A stretch of DNA of 64,000 bases from Podarcis liolepis (lineage: Eukaryota), in NCBI GenBank assembly GCA_965112155.1, contig OZ218102.1. The stretch is one strand, 5' to 3'. Positions within the stretch are counted from its first letter, which is position 1. Each line of letters opens with the position of its first letter. This document shows positions 38,661 through 51,672 of the stretch, piece by piece. The notes beneath the pieces are model-generated. The model saw only the letters and a list, made by a program, of their open reading frames with translations, was not told where the DNA came from and searched no databases. Both the position numbers and the translations under genes were made by a program.

Positions 38661-40816
38661 TATTTGGTTTAAAGACAAGTATGACTAAGATTTTTTTTCA
38701 TTTTTATTTTTTTTTAGTCGTAATTCCCATTGCTAAAACTGGGCTACTCTGGACATCACTCCAATTTTGTAACCTGGTTGTAGCAACCCATCACTTCCCA
38801 CCTTGCTTGTAAGAATGTATATATTTCAATGTATTTAGAAACACTTACATTTTGGCCTCCACTGCTCTACACTTAGTGCCTGCCTTGTGCCTCTTGAAAG
38901 CAGCTGTGTATAATAACAATGGCGAACATGCCTAATAAGAATGACTAACCTGCTGCTTGGGCCCTTTTCTAAACAAACCTTGGAAAGAACTAATTTCTAC
39001 GAGCTTTTCATCTTGAATGTTGATGGGTGGTTATGGACAAGGTTGTGTGTTGCTCTTTCCACACTCTGTTACAAAGGTCATGGCAGTTCATCTCCCTCCC
39101 AAGAACCTCTGTCAACATTTGAGGCTTTCCTTGCATGGTGATAAGAACGTTACTATCAAGGTAGTTGAGGGAACAATGAGCTTTTCCCTCACAAGCACAT
39201 TTCCAGTATCTTATCCCTGGTGTTTTCTGTGTGTGGCTAGAAGTAGTCAAAGTGTTACCTTCCAGATGTTGTTGACTTATAACTCCCATCAGTCAGCACA
39301 GCCAAAGTCAGGGGTGACGGGCAGAGGTGTATCTAGGGTCCCTTATGCAGTTGGCAGGGATCTGTATTGCTCCCCCCACCCCAAAAATCAATATACCATA
39401 GTAGCCACATGAGAAATCACTACGTTTTATGTGACCCAAGTAGTCAAAGTGTCTGGAGTGAGGGTGAGGTGAGGAGGAAGGGCAAGAAAGACAGGAAGAA
39501 TCTCCTGCGTTTGAACTTACTGCAACAGCAGTGGCATGTTGCTAAACACATGTACATCATAGATGCCATTGTCTCCAGTGGTCTGCCTTCATACCGCCTC
39601 ACCATTTCTCCTACTGCTCAGTTTCCAGCTCTGGTCTAAACTCATGACCTGACACAGATAACTGGAGGCAGATTTCTGGGGTGGTTTTTGTGCTCCCTCA
39701 GGGCCTGTGCCCCTGGAGAGTGCCGGCTTCTCCAACACCTACGTACACCTCTCTGGTGATGGGAATTGTCGTCCAACAACTTTAGTGCATTTAGTATGTG
39801 TGTCTTGTCTGCAAGAAGAAGTACAGTCTGACTTGGGCTTAGATTGTGGATTGATAAAATATTTGACCCAAACCTCTGTAAAGTGTAATGGAAACAAATA
39901 ACCAAGCATAGTTTGGGTGCAAGGTTGGTAAAGCTCCCCTTAGATACCTAGATTTTACATGGCTTTACTTAGACGTGTCTGGAAATGTGTAAAGGAAGCA
40001 CACAATAAAAGCTATAGTCGTCAGTTGACCGTAAACCAGTTTGCCCCCCAGCCAAGATGGGGTACATTTCAAAGTTGAGTGAAATTACAGGAAAGAACAT
40101 GACTTCAGTTTGGTTTGAGAGGAGTATTACAAATCTCTCCTTTTGCTGCTTGCCTTGAACTGCCAAAGCAGGGAGGTTTTTATGCACCTGGCTGGCTGGT
40201 AGGCTTGCCAAACAACCAGCAGGAAACTGGCCTGGCCAGATGTTATCTGTGTTGTTTTTACTCTCAGGCCAGTTGGTTTGTAGCTGTGCACCTTGGGGTT
40301 TTCCAAGGTTTGGCTGCTGTTCTCCTTTGCAAGCCATTCTCTGTTTTGTCTTGGTAAAATGCAAATAATATTTCAGTTAGAGGTTAGACGGTGATGTTTA
40401 TACTATGGTAAAGGCTGTCATTCAGGTTGCATTCTTCCAACTGCTGAGAATATTTTACAGTTCCTATTTCCTTTATCTACTCCAAACCCTTCCAGAAATG
40501 ACAGTTTTGTCATTTTTATGGTGTGAAACTGAAACTGATTCATTCAAAGTCGCTAACAACAGAGTTTATCACAGCTGGCCAAAAAGTGTGACCCTATCCA
40601 TGTTTATCCACAAAGCTAAAATCACATATAGTCAAAACACAGAGGGTTCAATGGTGGGTGGGATTACCAAAGCCTTTTTTCCTGGATGCCCACCCCCTTT
40701 TAATTCTCTCCCTGCCCCAGCCAGGACATAAAGATGAACATGCACAAGTTAAAGGCATGTAAATTGTGGACATACTGTATTAAAAAATAAGTCTCGTGAT
40801 GTTGAATGTGTCTTAA

Positions 40817-40905
40817 GCACAATCCTATATGCACTTACTTAGAAGTAAGACCCACTGAATGATGTGGTACTTATTTCTGAGTAAACAGGCATAAGAATTA
40901 CAGCT
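40817..40905. repeat. About 90-bp palindromic dispersed repeat
   Basis: CAATCCTAT...ACTTAGAAGTAAG...CTTATTTCTGAGT...ATAAGAATT fold-back. Relatives near 7850-8290 (split by a SINE), 8980-9062, 16935-17010, 44555-44625 and 57930-58015. Confidence 0.55.
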
Positions 40906-43900
40906 CAGACACAAGACCAATGCACTCCATTTGCACTGCACTATGTGTTATGTACACATAGCTCTATAAATAGCACTCAGTTTGACACATAAAATTTTTG
41001 GGAAGAGAAACTGTTCAAAAGTATTTTATCCTACTCAACAAGTCTGAGCGGGGCTTCCTTCTTTCTTTAGACTAAGCACTTTTACATAAAATTGTGAAGG
41101 CGGGGGTCAAAGGGAAGCGGGATAATTTAAAGAGTCAAAAACAAACGAAGAACTGGATTACAGTGCGCTGCAGCCGATTTACTTAAAGACACTTGGATAA
41201 ATTGCATACCCGATTCCTACAGGACAGCAACAAGTAATTACAAAGGCACCAATTTACATTCTTCTGAATCATGTTAATTACAAGGGAAGTAGTTTTGACA
41301 TATGCCATTTACATCCTCTTAGTAAGTTCTTTCAGTAATGTTTAGGTTCATTACATGTACATTGCTCTTTAAGAAGAGTTCGCAGAACATCATGCATGCT
41401 ACAACCATTTGAAGAATTCACATTTTTTTGGATTCCTATATGAAACGACCTGATGCACACATCTCAGACCAATGCGTGCACTGGAACTGAAGTTATCCAC
41501 CATATTTCACATTTCTCCAAGTGTAATGACATTGTTCTGGAAAGTATCGAAATATGGATTTTGAGAGCAATTGCCCATTTTAATGCATATTCTTGGAGAA
41601 AAATACACCACATGCCAACCCTTGACCCCACTCCTGATTTTGAGAAGGGTTTGGTTTTTTAAAAAAATGCAGATTAATAGGGAAATTGAAATAAATTATG
41701 GGTGAAAGCTTGTGATGTGGTCTAGAAACATAGAGATTCTTCCTTCCCTAATACATGTGCAATGAAATGCTGTTCTGAAAAAGAAGTTTGGCGCAGAAGG
41801 AGTGAGGAAATGGGGAGGGAATAATGAGGGCGGGCGACGGAAAAGACATGATCTTTCTCACTCTGTAAATAGCAAATAATGAGACTTCTAGCTTAATAGT
41901 GATTTCAGTCACTCATGTATAGTAGCAAAAAGGCTGGGGAGCATCTAAGGAGAAAACAGTCTTCTTATCATAGAGGATCTTTCACCTCAGATTTGTGCAG
42001 GAGGAACACTTGGAAACATTGCTGAAAGTGCCTTATTGGAATGCAGTGATGTGGTAAACCAGTGGAGGGGATGACATGCTAGGTTGCCTTTCTTTCTTAT
42101 GTAACAGCACAACCTGTACACAAAGGGAAGTATTCTTGGAATGTTCATACTCAGCATGCTTTATGAGCTTAGTATTACCTCGGGCCTCCCAGTTAGAAGG
42201 TGTGGTACAGAGGCGTGAAGCAGAAACCCTTAGTTAATTTCAACATATGAGATACTCCATTGAAAACCAGATTGGCCACAACTGTGGTGCAGGCAACTTC
42301 TGCAACAAGTGCTTAAAAGCGGTTTACTGAATCTTCAGTCAGGCTACAGCCAATACCTTCCGAGGCATCTTTGGATCTAGTTGCAATAGTTTTCAAGCTT
42401 CCCTCCTTGCAGAGAGCCTTTCACATTGGTTTCGTTTGTCATGAAAACCCAAAACCCTGCAGAACATTGTGGGCTGCGTTCTAATGTCACCCTCAGTTTA
42501 TGTGGGGCATTGAAAGAGTCTTGTTTATGAAACTGGATTCTACAATGTGCAAATTGAGAGACTACTCTGGAATTGCAAAGGAAGGCTAATAGGAGCATGC
42601 CATCTCACTTTTAGGGAAGCTTGCTTGCCATTACTCATGAGGAACCCCTGAAAAGTGCCTGAAGATCCAAGGGTTTCTACAACAAAATTTGAAAATCATT
42701 GGAGCCGTATAAAATAGGGGCCCAGCATCAATAAATTTACTAAAATATATTTAATGTGGAAACTGAGATTTTTCTCATGATGTTACATATTTTGCTGTAA
42801 ACTAAGCTGGAAATAATAATAATAACAACAATAATTTCTAGTTTGTTTTATTGTACAGTTTGAAATCAGGCCCACAGCCAGAGATTTTGTAATAGGGATA
42901 GCGTAGTGCTAATTGTTGAGAGTCTTCCTGGAAAGAGTGAGATTGGAGTGGGGATTGTGTTTTTTTAATAAGAAATAACAAAGCCCAAATACATGTAGTC
43001 CAGTTTAAGTCAATAAAATACAACTTTGAATCCTCCTAAGGATAGATCATTATTCCCCAGTGCTTTTGCAATAACTAACCAGAATGCTAGAAGCAAGGAG
43101 CAAATTTACTTCATTGTTCCTGAGAGAAAAATAATTTTGTTGATGTTTTAATCTGGGTAGAGAATGCTCTTTAATATTGTGGTGTTCATATAATCACTTA
43201 AGAGTGCAATCCTTTGTAGCCATAGGGCAGATTGGATCTTCACCTTGGATGTTGAAGACCAAACTTCAGTGTTGGAGCCTAGTTCTTCAAAACCACCAGC
43301 ATCCCACTGAAGTTATGGCCCAACTGACATCACGCTTCTGGCATCAGTAGGGCCAGAAAAGGGACATTCTAGGGACATTCTGGATCCAACAACTGGAGAA
43401 AGGTTTAGACACCTCTGAGCATCTCTAAACCTCTCCCCCGCCCCTTTCCCCTCCTGCTGGAAATAACAGGATGGAAACAGACAATCCTGACTCTCACCCA
43501 AAATTAATACTTGAAGGCCCAGAAACAACTGAGGTATGCAGACTGTTCTTCCATCCTCACTTCCACTCTGCTGGCTTGAGTCCAGAAGGGGTTTGCATTA
43601 GGTGGTAGAACTGCCTTCAGATTTACGCCTCCCCTCTGACACGTTGGTATTGCACCCTCAAAAAATTGATTATAAATTTTGAGTAAGGCAACTGAAACAC
43701 CATGCTACAAACTATCCTCTCAACTGTAAATCGTATGCTTGCTATTTTACTGATGATACTAAATGCTTCCTTTCTGTAGAAACCTCAGAGTTGTTTACAT
43801 GGGATATATGTCATCTTCCATCTAGGCATTGGCCAGGGTGCATACTCATTGAGTGCTTCCACATACGTAGTGTTGTATGTACAACATAGTGTTGTACTGC

Positions 43901-45521
43901 TACACTTCAAACACTGTGCACTGGTTTATTGTGAGATCCACAGCTCTTATTTGATACTGCACCACATCAAACAAGCATACTATATGGGGAGGTGATGCAG
44001 AAGTTTTGGAATTTGCAAAACGGGGTGGTTGTTCAGTTTGCCTGTTATCTCTACGCAGCGAAGTAACAAAGCCATTTAATGCAGCAAACACATCTTTTAA
44101 AAATCCATTTTTTTATGCATTCATACGGAGCACGTGGCAATTCACGAGAATGTTTTTATGCGAGTGAATTTTATTGAGTCTATTACGAGTTTAAATGCTG
44201 CAAGCTCTGTGCTGGTTTGTGACCTTGTCATGTGCAAGCGCAATGGTAAACAAGCTTATTCAAAACTGGGCTGGATTAAGTTTAGGGTATCAGTTCTTAG
44301 TGTTCTTGTTTATCACTACTGGGTTGCTTTGGCAGGGCAGGGCTCTTTCGAGTTGGCAAACAAAGCCTGACACAAACAAGAGAGGCAGGCAGGGTGAGGT
44401 GGCAGCATGGAACGTGCAGGAAATGCCCTCCAGGAGCAATTAGCAGCAGGTAGCTAAGTATGCAGCCTCAGAGGGCACCTAGGGGAGATACCTCTGTATA
44501 TTATAAAGTTTCATGACATTATTGGTATTTGAGTCTGAATTATGCATAATGATAATGCAGTCCTATGTATATTTAACAGGGAGGGGGAAACTCCCACTGA
44601 ATTTGAGCTTCCTCCTAAGTAAAAAATACATTTAATTGGCCGGTGCAAAACAAACAGTGCGAATAAAGGACGTGTCTTTTAGCAATAGGAATTAAGGGCA
44701 CATCCGCTTGACAAATGGAAAGATGGTTTTCAAAGCTGCCATGAAACTCAAGCAGGGAATCCTGGGAACTGTAGTTCTGTGAAACAGCTCAGGGTTACTC
44801 CTAATTACCAATAATAACTAGTTCCAAGTTAGTTTACATTTTCAGTGCAAAGGATGCTTTTATTTTAAAGGAAAAGCCTTCATTTTAAAAATTTAACCTC
44901 TCAGTTCCTTTTAAAAAAATTAATAAATTTCCCCTTCTGTTACGTTAAATGTTCTGTTTTTAATTTAGTAAAAGGCACATTATATGTAGATTTTTTAAAA
45001 AAATCCTTTTTTTTAGAAAAGAATTCATTGTGGAACTTTAAGCTTTAGTATAATAAGATGCAGTAATGGTTTCAATGAGGCAGTAACTTTATTTAGCTCT
45101 TCTCAGTCAGCTGTGAATATAAAAGCTATCAGTGAAAATCAGGTTTGTGGGTTCTGTGGTCATATCAACAGAGTTTAGTCAGTTTAACAGTCATTCCTTC
45201 CTCCCTTTGGGATCTTGGCACCAGAAGTTCTGTGAGGGGATCTCTTAAAGACTGTCAACACCCTCACTAAACTCAATTTCCCAGGATTCTGCGGGGGAAG
45301 CCATTAAACTGACTGGGGCTTTTTTATAGTATAGGATGATATGCCCTTACAGTGTGAGCCAATCAATGGCTAGTCAGAAGTGAATATACATATGTGAATG
45401 TTCTGTATTCTCTGGAGCATGCACTCAAGGCAGTGTAAACAGGACTGTGAGCCACGTAAGACTGTAATCCAACTCCCTGGCTGGCAGCAGCAGAGCTCTG
45501 ACAGAGCAACATAACCGCTAC

Positions 45522-45750
45522 CATACCCTCCAAGTGTCCCGATTTTCAAGGGACAGTCCTGAAATTACAAAAACCATCCCAGCTTCTGATTTGATCCTGG
45601 AATGTCTCCATTTCCCCTGCCAGTGCTGCTGTCAAGCTAGGGGAGGAGGAGGAGCCAGCGCTTGTCCCTAGATGTAGCAGTGGCGACAGTAGCACAAAGG
45701 AGCACCCCGTTGCCTCTCCATGGCTGCCACCGCTGGCCTACTCCCTTGAA
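45522..45750. mobile_element. hAT-like non-autonomous element end (outer layer of a nested stack)
   Basis: Starts CATACCCTCCAAGTGTCCC, the reverse complement of the right part of the 61447-61584 element. Confidence 0.55.
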
Positions 45751-46029
45751 CCAAAAACAAACCCCTGTGTTGCAACAAGAACCAATCACAGCAATACACA
45801 CACAAGACATAGGCTAATAGTAGAGAATATATAATAGAATAATGATATCATTCAAATTATAGGAAGAAGCCAATCAAAGTTCATATGTACAATATAACAG
45901 AGTGGTAGCGAGGACCGTCAAGCTGTGTGTTCAAAACAGATGTCTAATGACAGTCTCTCAATAGTCTTTCAAAAGTTTCAATGGAAGATGTCTCAAAAGC
46001 CTCAAAAGGACAGTGTCTCTGGAATGATA

Positions 46030-46271
46030 CAGTGGTACCTCTGGTTACGTAGTTAATTCATTCCGGAGGTCCGTTCTTAACCTGAAACTGTTCTTAACCT
46101 GAGGTACCACTTTAGCTAATGGGGTCTCCCGCTGCCGCTGCACTGCTGCCGCATGATTTCTGTTCTCATCCTGAAGCAAAGTTCTTAACCTCAAGCACTA
46201 TTTCTGGGTTAGTGGAGTCTGTAACCTGAAGCGTCTGTAACCTGAAGCGTATCTAACCCGAGGTTCCACTG
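46030..46271 (+). mobile_element. Tc1/mariner MITE, same family, nested in older elements
   Basis: TA|CAGTGGTACCTC...GAGGTTCCACTG|TA. Confidence 0.88.
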
Positions 46272-46417
46272 TACTACTGTTTCATAATATTCTTCATCAG
46301 CTGATATTTTTCAACAGAATATGTAAGTAAGATTCATGCTAAGGATCCGTGCTCACTAGACAGTGTAGCTGCTGATCAACTATTAGCCTACGTCTTGTGA
46401 TTGGCCTCCTTCCTTGG

Positions 46418-46564
46418 CAGTGGCGTAGCGTGGGGGGTGCAGGGGGGGCCGGCGGCACCGGGCGCAACATCTGGGGGTTAGGGTTAGGGGGCGCAAATCC
46501 ACGGGTTAGGGGGTGCAAATTACTTGCCTTGCCCCGGGTGCTGACAACCCACGCTACGCCACTG
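46418..46564. mobile_element. Young hAT (Tip100-like) MITE, 147 bp
   Basis: 17-bp perfect TIR CAGTGGCGTAGCGTGGG, exact 8-bp TSD TTCCTTGG (46410-46417, 46565-46572), CpGs intact. Confidence 0.9.
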
Positions 46565-49500
46565 TTCCTTGGGCAGCTGGAGAATGGGAGAGGAGGAGGA
46601 GGAGGAGGAGAGGCCGTGGCCCCCCAGACTGACGTGACGTGCTGGCTCTGAGAGGCAGGTAGAGGGCAGGGTTGCCCTGGGCAGGAAGGAAGGGGGAGCA
46701 GAAGGAGTCTTGATTTTTTTTATATAAAAGAAAATGCTTTGTGTGTCCATGTCAAATCTTGCCCCTTTCTAAAATTTATTCATTGGTTTTTCTTTTTTGC
46801 AAATCTACCAAAGAATAAAATAAAATAAAATTGGGATCATTGAGTTTTCTCAGGACGAAGTCTACTGTGTCCTATTGCTGTAGTGTGGGGGGGGGCACTC
46901 TCCCTTCTTGCGACAGGAAATGCTGTACAGGTAGTGGTGGCTGTGGATGCTCCCAGTAGCACATTTCCCCCCACATGGGACTGGAGTATGAATTATTAGT
47001 CCCTGCATCCTTAGTTGGAAAGTGATGCTATCCCATTCGTGCTTGGGAGGAGGCTTTGTGAATAGTATCTGAAACATCGCTTCTCCACCAAGGATGCTGG
47101 GATATGATTCTAGTCCCAGTTCTCGGGGCAGGAGGAGGAGGAAAGGAAGAGATGGTTTTCAGGGACAAATGCAACCTCTGCTTTCTCTTCACTTCCTACA
47201 TTTTTTCCATGGTGGGGCAGGGAGCTTGGGAGGCAATGGCTCGCAGACTGAACACAGTTCTGCTTGCATCAGGCTGCAAGCCATCCTATGTTCCCCTTGT
47301 TCCTTCTTGTGAACATTTGTGGAGGGGTGTGTGTGTGTTTGCCTCTCCTCAAATGCTTGCAACTTTCCTACTAAAATTGTACCAGCGTAGCTGAATGTGG
47401 AAAACCCCTTATGTCAAGATGCAAGCACATGAATGTTTCAGCAAATCGGCAGAGACAACACAAAAGTCTGCTGATGTCAGTCTTTAAATTGGTATTTTGG
47501 GATGTTTATAAGCTTCCTCTTATTTAACATCAACATTCCCTTTGAAAGCTTTTCAAGCCACAAGACATCAGAAGCAGCAATGTGTTAAAGAAAACTAAAA
47601 ACAACAAGGCTAGCAAGTCAGTTTAATAGTTCTGGCAGGCAACAGCAAAGCAACTTTCTTTATTTTCCCAGGTTAGATTTAAGCTGTTGCTTTCTTGTAT
47701 AATTTTGAAGGATCCCATGTGTGAAAGTGACCATGAGACAGACACAAACTGATAAAACTTAGGCACATGAGCCTTACGTTTACTAATACAACAATTTCAG
47801 AGCAAACCTCAGCAATGAAAGTTTCCAAAACACTGATCTGAGTCATTGCTTAACTCCATTTGCAGAAAATCCCCATAGAGGTGAGATTATCTTGCTCTGA
47901 AAGGAACAAATGCATTTATAAAACTATTATTTTGCAATGGATCCCTGGCTTGATTGGCCATATTCACAAAGTTCTGGAAACAGCTTTGCCTTTTCTGGAT
48001 ATGTGTTCCAGCGCTATACAGTATTAAAATCCTAGCAAATAATGTTTTTAAAATAGCAACAACTTTTTGCTTCTCTGCTCTCTTGGCAATAGTGCTAAAT
48101 ACTTACACCATGTCTTCTAAGGTATCCCGCCTGAAAGACATGCAAATCAGCCATCCTTTCCAACTGCTTCTACTGTATGCTGCCCATTTAGTTAGATGCA
48201 ATGTCTTGTGATCTTTACAAACAGTTTATTTTAAAAAGTTTTCAGAGCAGCCTGCCAGTTTGGCATATACACTAATAAACACAAGGCTACCTCTGACTTT
48301 CCAAACAAGATGTAATCCAATAAACAGATTATAGCATCCTGATTATTGTATTCTTGTTTATTTCCAAAACTCCTTACCCATGTTCAATTCCAGTGCATAC
48401 AATACAAGCATCCCTTTGCAATAGTGTAGAAGCAACAGTTGCCACCAGTGGCTTGATGCACCTTGCAATGTTTCCATGGGATGACAGTGCCATAAACAGT
48501 CTTCGTACAACTAATTTTGACTATTAAACAGCAAAGACTACCCAGTTTGCAAATAGTGGCTGATGGCTGCTACAAAACTTGGGTGCCTTCCTCTCTCTAC
48601 CCAATGGTGGCAAGAGCCATGGAGTTCCAGGCACTCACCCAGGGTCTGTGGTCCTTTGGGGAATTGAGACATGGCGGAGACTCATCGTTTTAAGAAATAT
48701 GGTTGATTCACCTATTTACACCTTCAGTCTGCATAGAGGGAGTCCAGATCTTACAGCAGGATCATTTCAAGAGAGACTTGTATCCCACAGCAGTGCAGCC
48801 ATGGAGTCCAAGGCATCTCTCCTAGCCTACCTGCAGCCAACCTGCCCAACATGGATCCCAGTCCTTCTTCCTTTTCCTTCTTCCAAGCAACCCTTGCTAA
48901 AGACTCTTCCTATCACCTCATACCCAGTAACCCTGGCAACCTTCCAAACCCCTGTCTCTGGGCAGGGGGGAAGGACATTTTTCTTGCCTTGCCAATAGCC
49001 CTCAGTGGCCCTATATTGTTTCTTAATGGCCCTAGCTTGCCCAGGAATTACTCTGCAGTTTGTATTTCTCCCTTCACATCCCAAATAATCAAAATCCTGC
49101 CATTTATTAATTTCTTGGGGTTGTTTTTTTTTGGGGGGGGACGGGTCCCTCTTCCAAATCTATAACATGGCTAACATTGATCAGTGACCAATAGCTTCTC
49201 CTGTAACACAAAAGAGAGCTGTGTGGATGAAAAGTTTTTTTCCTTTCCAAGATCTGAATGGCTGATGCTGCCAGTAAACTTCCATAGATATTATCTGTGC
49301 GACAGTGATGATCATACATTTCTCAACAGCCTTTGATGGCTTATGCAGGAAACCTTCCTTTGCATGGCGCACTGTGATAATGACCTGTGGACATAAGGGA
49401 TGGATAATGACTGAGCAGAGCTCTTGAGCCAGGGCTCAGATAAAAAGTTGAAGGAAATCTTATCCAGATGCATCCTTTCACGGTTACAATCAATCTGAAC

Positions 49501-51545
49501 CACCTTCCTGTCTCGGTCCCAACCCTTTTCACAAAATATACACGGCTCCTCCAACCCAAATAATACATGAGACTAATGTTCTTTTCACATGTAGCTACAG
49601 CTACAGACATGTTATCCAAATGTGTCTTGAAATACGGACACCTGCAGACAAAATTATTATTCTGCTGAACATCAAACATCTCATTTAGAGGGAGAGGAGA
49701 GTGGGGATTTCTCACCCAGCCGCCTTTGTTTGACACCACATATTATGATTCCTCAGAGTCAGGAGTACATATACTGCTGATGGCAACTTTTCACACCACA
49801 TAATCACAAGAAAATCCCCCTCCCCCACATGGAGCGCATTGCATTTTTGCAATTTAATCTTGAATATACCCAAGAGTGTATCGTCAAACCTTTATAGAAA
49901 TCCCACTCATTACCAGAATGCTCACTGCTCCTCTGCCACCATGGAGACATGAAATTATACCTCTGCACAGCGTTCAACGATGGTCATCAAATATATGTAG
50001 AGCTACTTTCAAGGGCAGGCCTCCATAGTATACTCATCACAGGTATTAATGTCCCCCACATCTTCTATGTAATTAATAGCACCTGTAAATATATACGATG
50101 CCCTCTCATAAGGTCTCAATGATGCCAGCATCACCACCCTGTAAGGAACATGAGTTCCGCCATGGAGATGCCCCATGACTCAAATAAGTGGGCATATTTA
50201 TTGTTGTTATCTACCCAGAGGCAATGGAAGAGAGTTCTCCTTTGAAGGTGTAATGTATATTTGTAGCAGACTATCCCTCTAGCAGGAATTGCTGACCACT
50301 GTCCCATGTGAAAAAGGACCCAATTGCATCCTTTCTGTGAAGAACATTCCAAGTTCTGGACCTGGCCTATTCACTGGACTGCTGGCTGCTTCTGGGCAGG
50401 AAGTTGTATAAGAAAGCTTCCTGTGTCAACTCACTGGTGCTATGCTTCATCAGAAGGGTCTACCTGAGCTTCAGTACTGCCTGGTAGCTCACTCTCTGAT
50501 CCTGATTGCCCTTCCTTTCCTGTCTTCAGACACCTTCCCATGGTCCAGCCCTGATTCCTAGAAAATGTCAAGACCAAATCTTATCCCAAAATGCACCAAC
50601 TATAAATTAGAACCCATTTTTTTTACCTGTTTCAAAGCTGCCTGTTGACATGTGTTTTGTTAATTGAAGCAGTGTTGAGATATCAAGAGATAGAAATGTG
50701 GCATATGTCTGTTTAAACAAATTACTCATCTCCCACGTATACAGAAGCCCCCCTTCCAAACTTTCTTTCATATTTGTTCTGCTCGGCACTGATGTTTCTG
50801 CAAAAAAGCTAATCCATTATTCATCAACACCTCTGATTTTGGCCTAAAATCTGAATTAGAGATAATTGGAATCTCTTCCATTGTTTATGTTCACACATCA
50901 AGGATCATCTAGTCAGTGCTGTTATGCTTCATGTACTGAAGCTAATCTAATTTTTTGAAAAACGGTTTCCATAATGGAATTGTTGCATTTAGGCTTGCAT
51001 CTGTCACCAAATGAAATTCAGAATTTGAATCGGTGAAGATGGTGGAAATAATCTCATTGGCGTTAATGGGATTTGCATCAGCATCATGACTGGATCAGTG
51101 CAGGAGGCTATAAAAAGACAACGAATGTTATGGCACCCAAGTGCCTAAGCTTTTGTAGGCTACTACTTATTTGATCAAGTGTATAAAGTGGATCGGGATT
51201 GTTATGCATGTTTATTTTATTATGTGCATCCTTTCTCTCCAGGGAGCATAGAGCAACATATCCAGGGGTTATCCCACTTTTATGCCCAGTGAAGTAAGGG
51301 GAGCCACCCACATTGGTTCATGGCTGACCATCTCTCAGGTCTATCTATTATACCAGAGATGTTCAGACTTCATCCCTGCCAAGGAAACCCTGCACATCTG
51401 CTACACAACCTGTGTGAGGTACAGAGAATTCTTGGGGAAGAGGTTATGTGTTTTGTGCATTCTGTCAATGCCAATTGCTGGCCAAATGTGTTGGGACTCA
51501 CTGGAGCTACATGATAAGTACATGAGCTAATAAATGCAAGCAACA

Positions 51546-51672
51546 CAAGGGATGGGAACCTGTGGCCCTCCAGATTTTGTTGGACCACATTTCCCATCAA
51601 CCCTACTCACTGGCCATGCTGATGAAAGTTTTAATCAAAACCATTGGGAGGGCCACCATTTCCCCATCCCTG
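51546..51672. mobile_element. About 125-bp hairpin hAT-type MITE (abundant squamate family)
   Basis: CAAGGGATGGGAACCTGTGGCCCTCC...GGAGGGCCACCATTTCCCCATCCCTG inverted arms. Degraded relatives near 4420-4540, 4770-4855, 13575-13712, 13785-13888, 20090-20180, 29130-29240 and 61170-61295. Confidence 0.65.
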
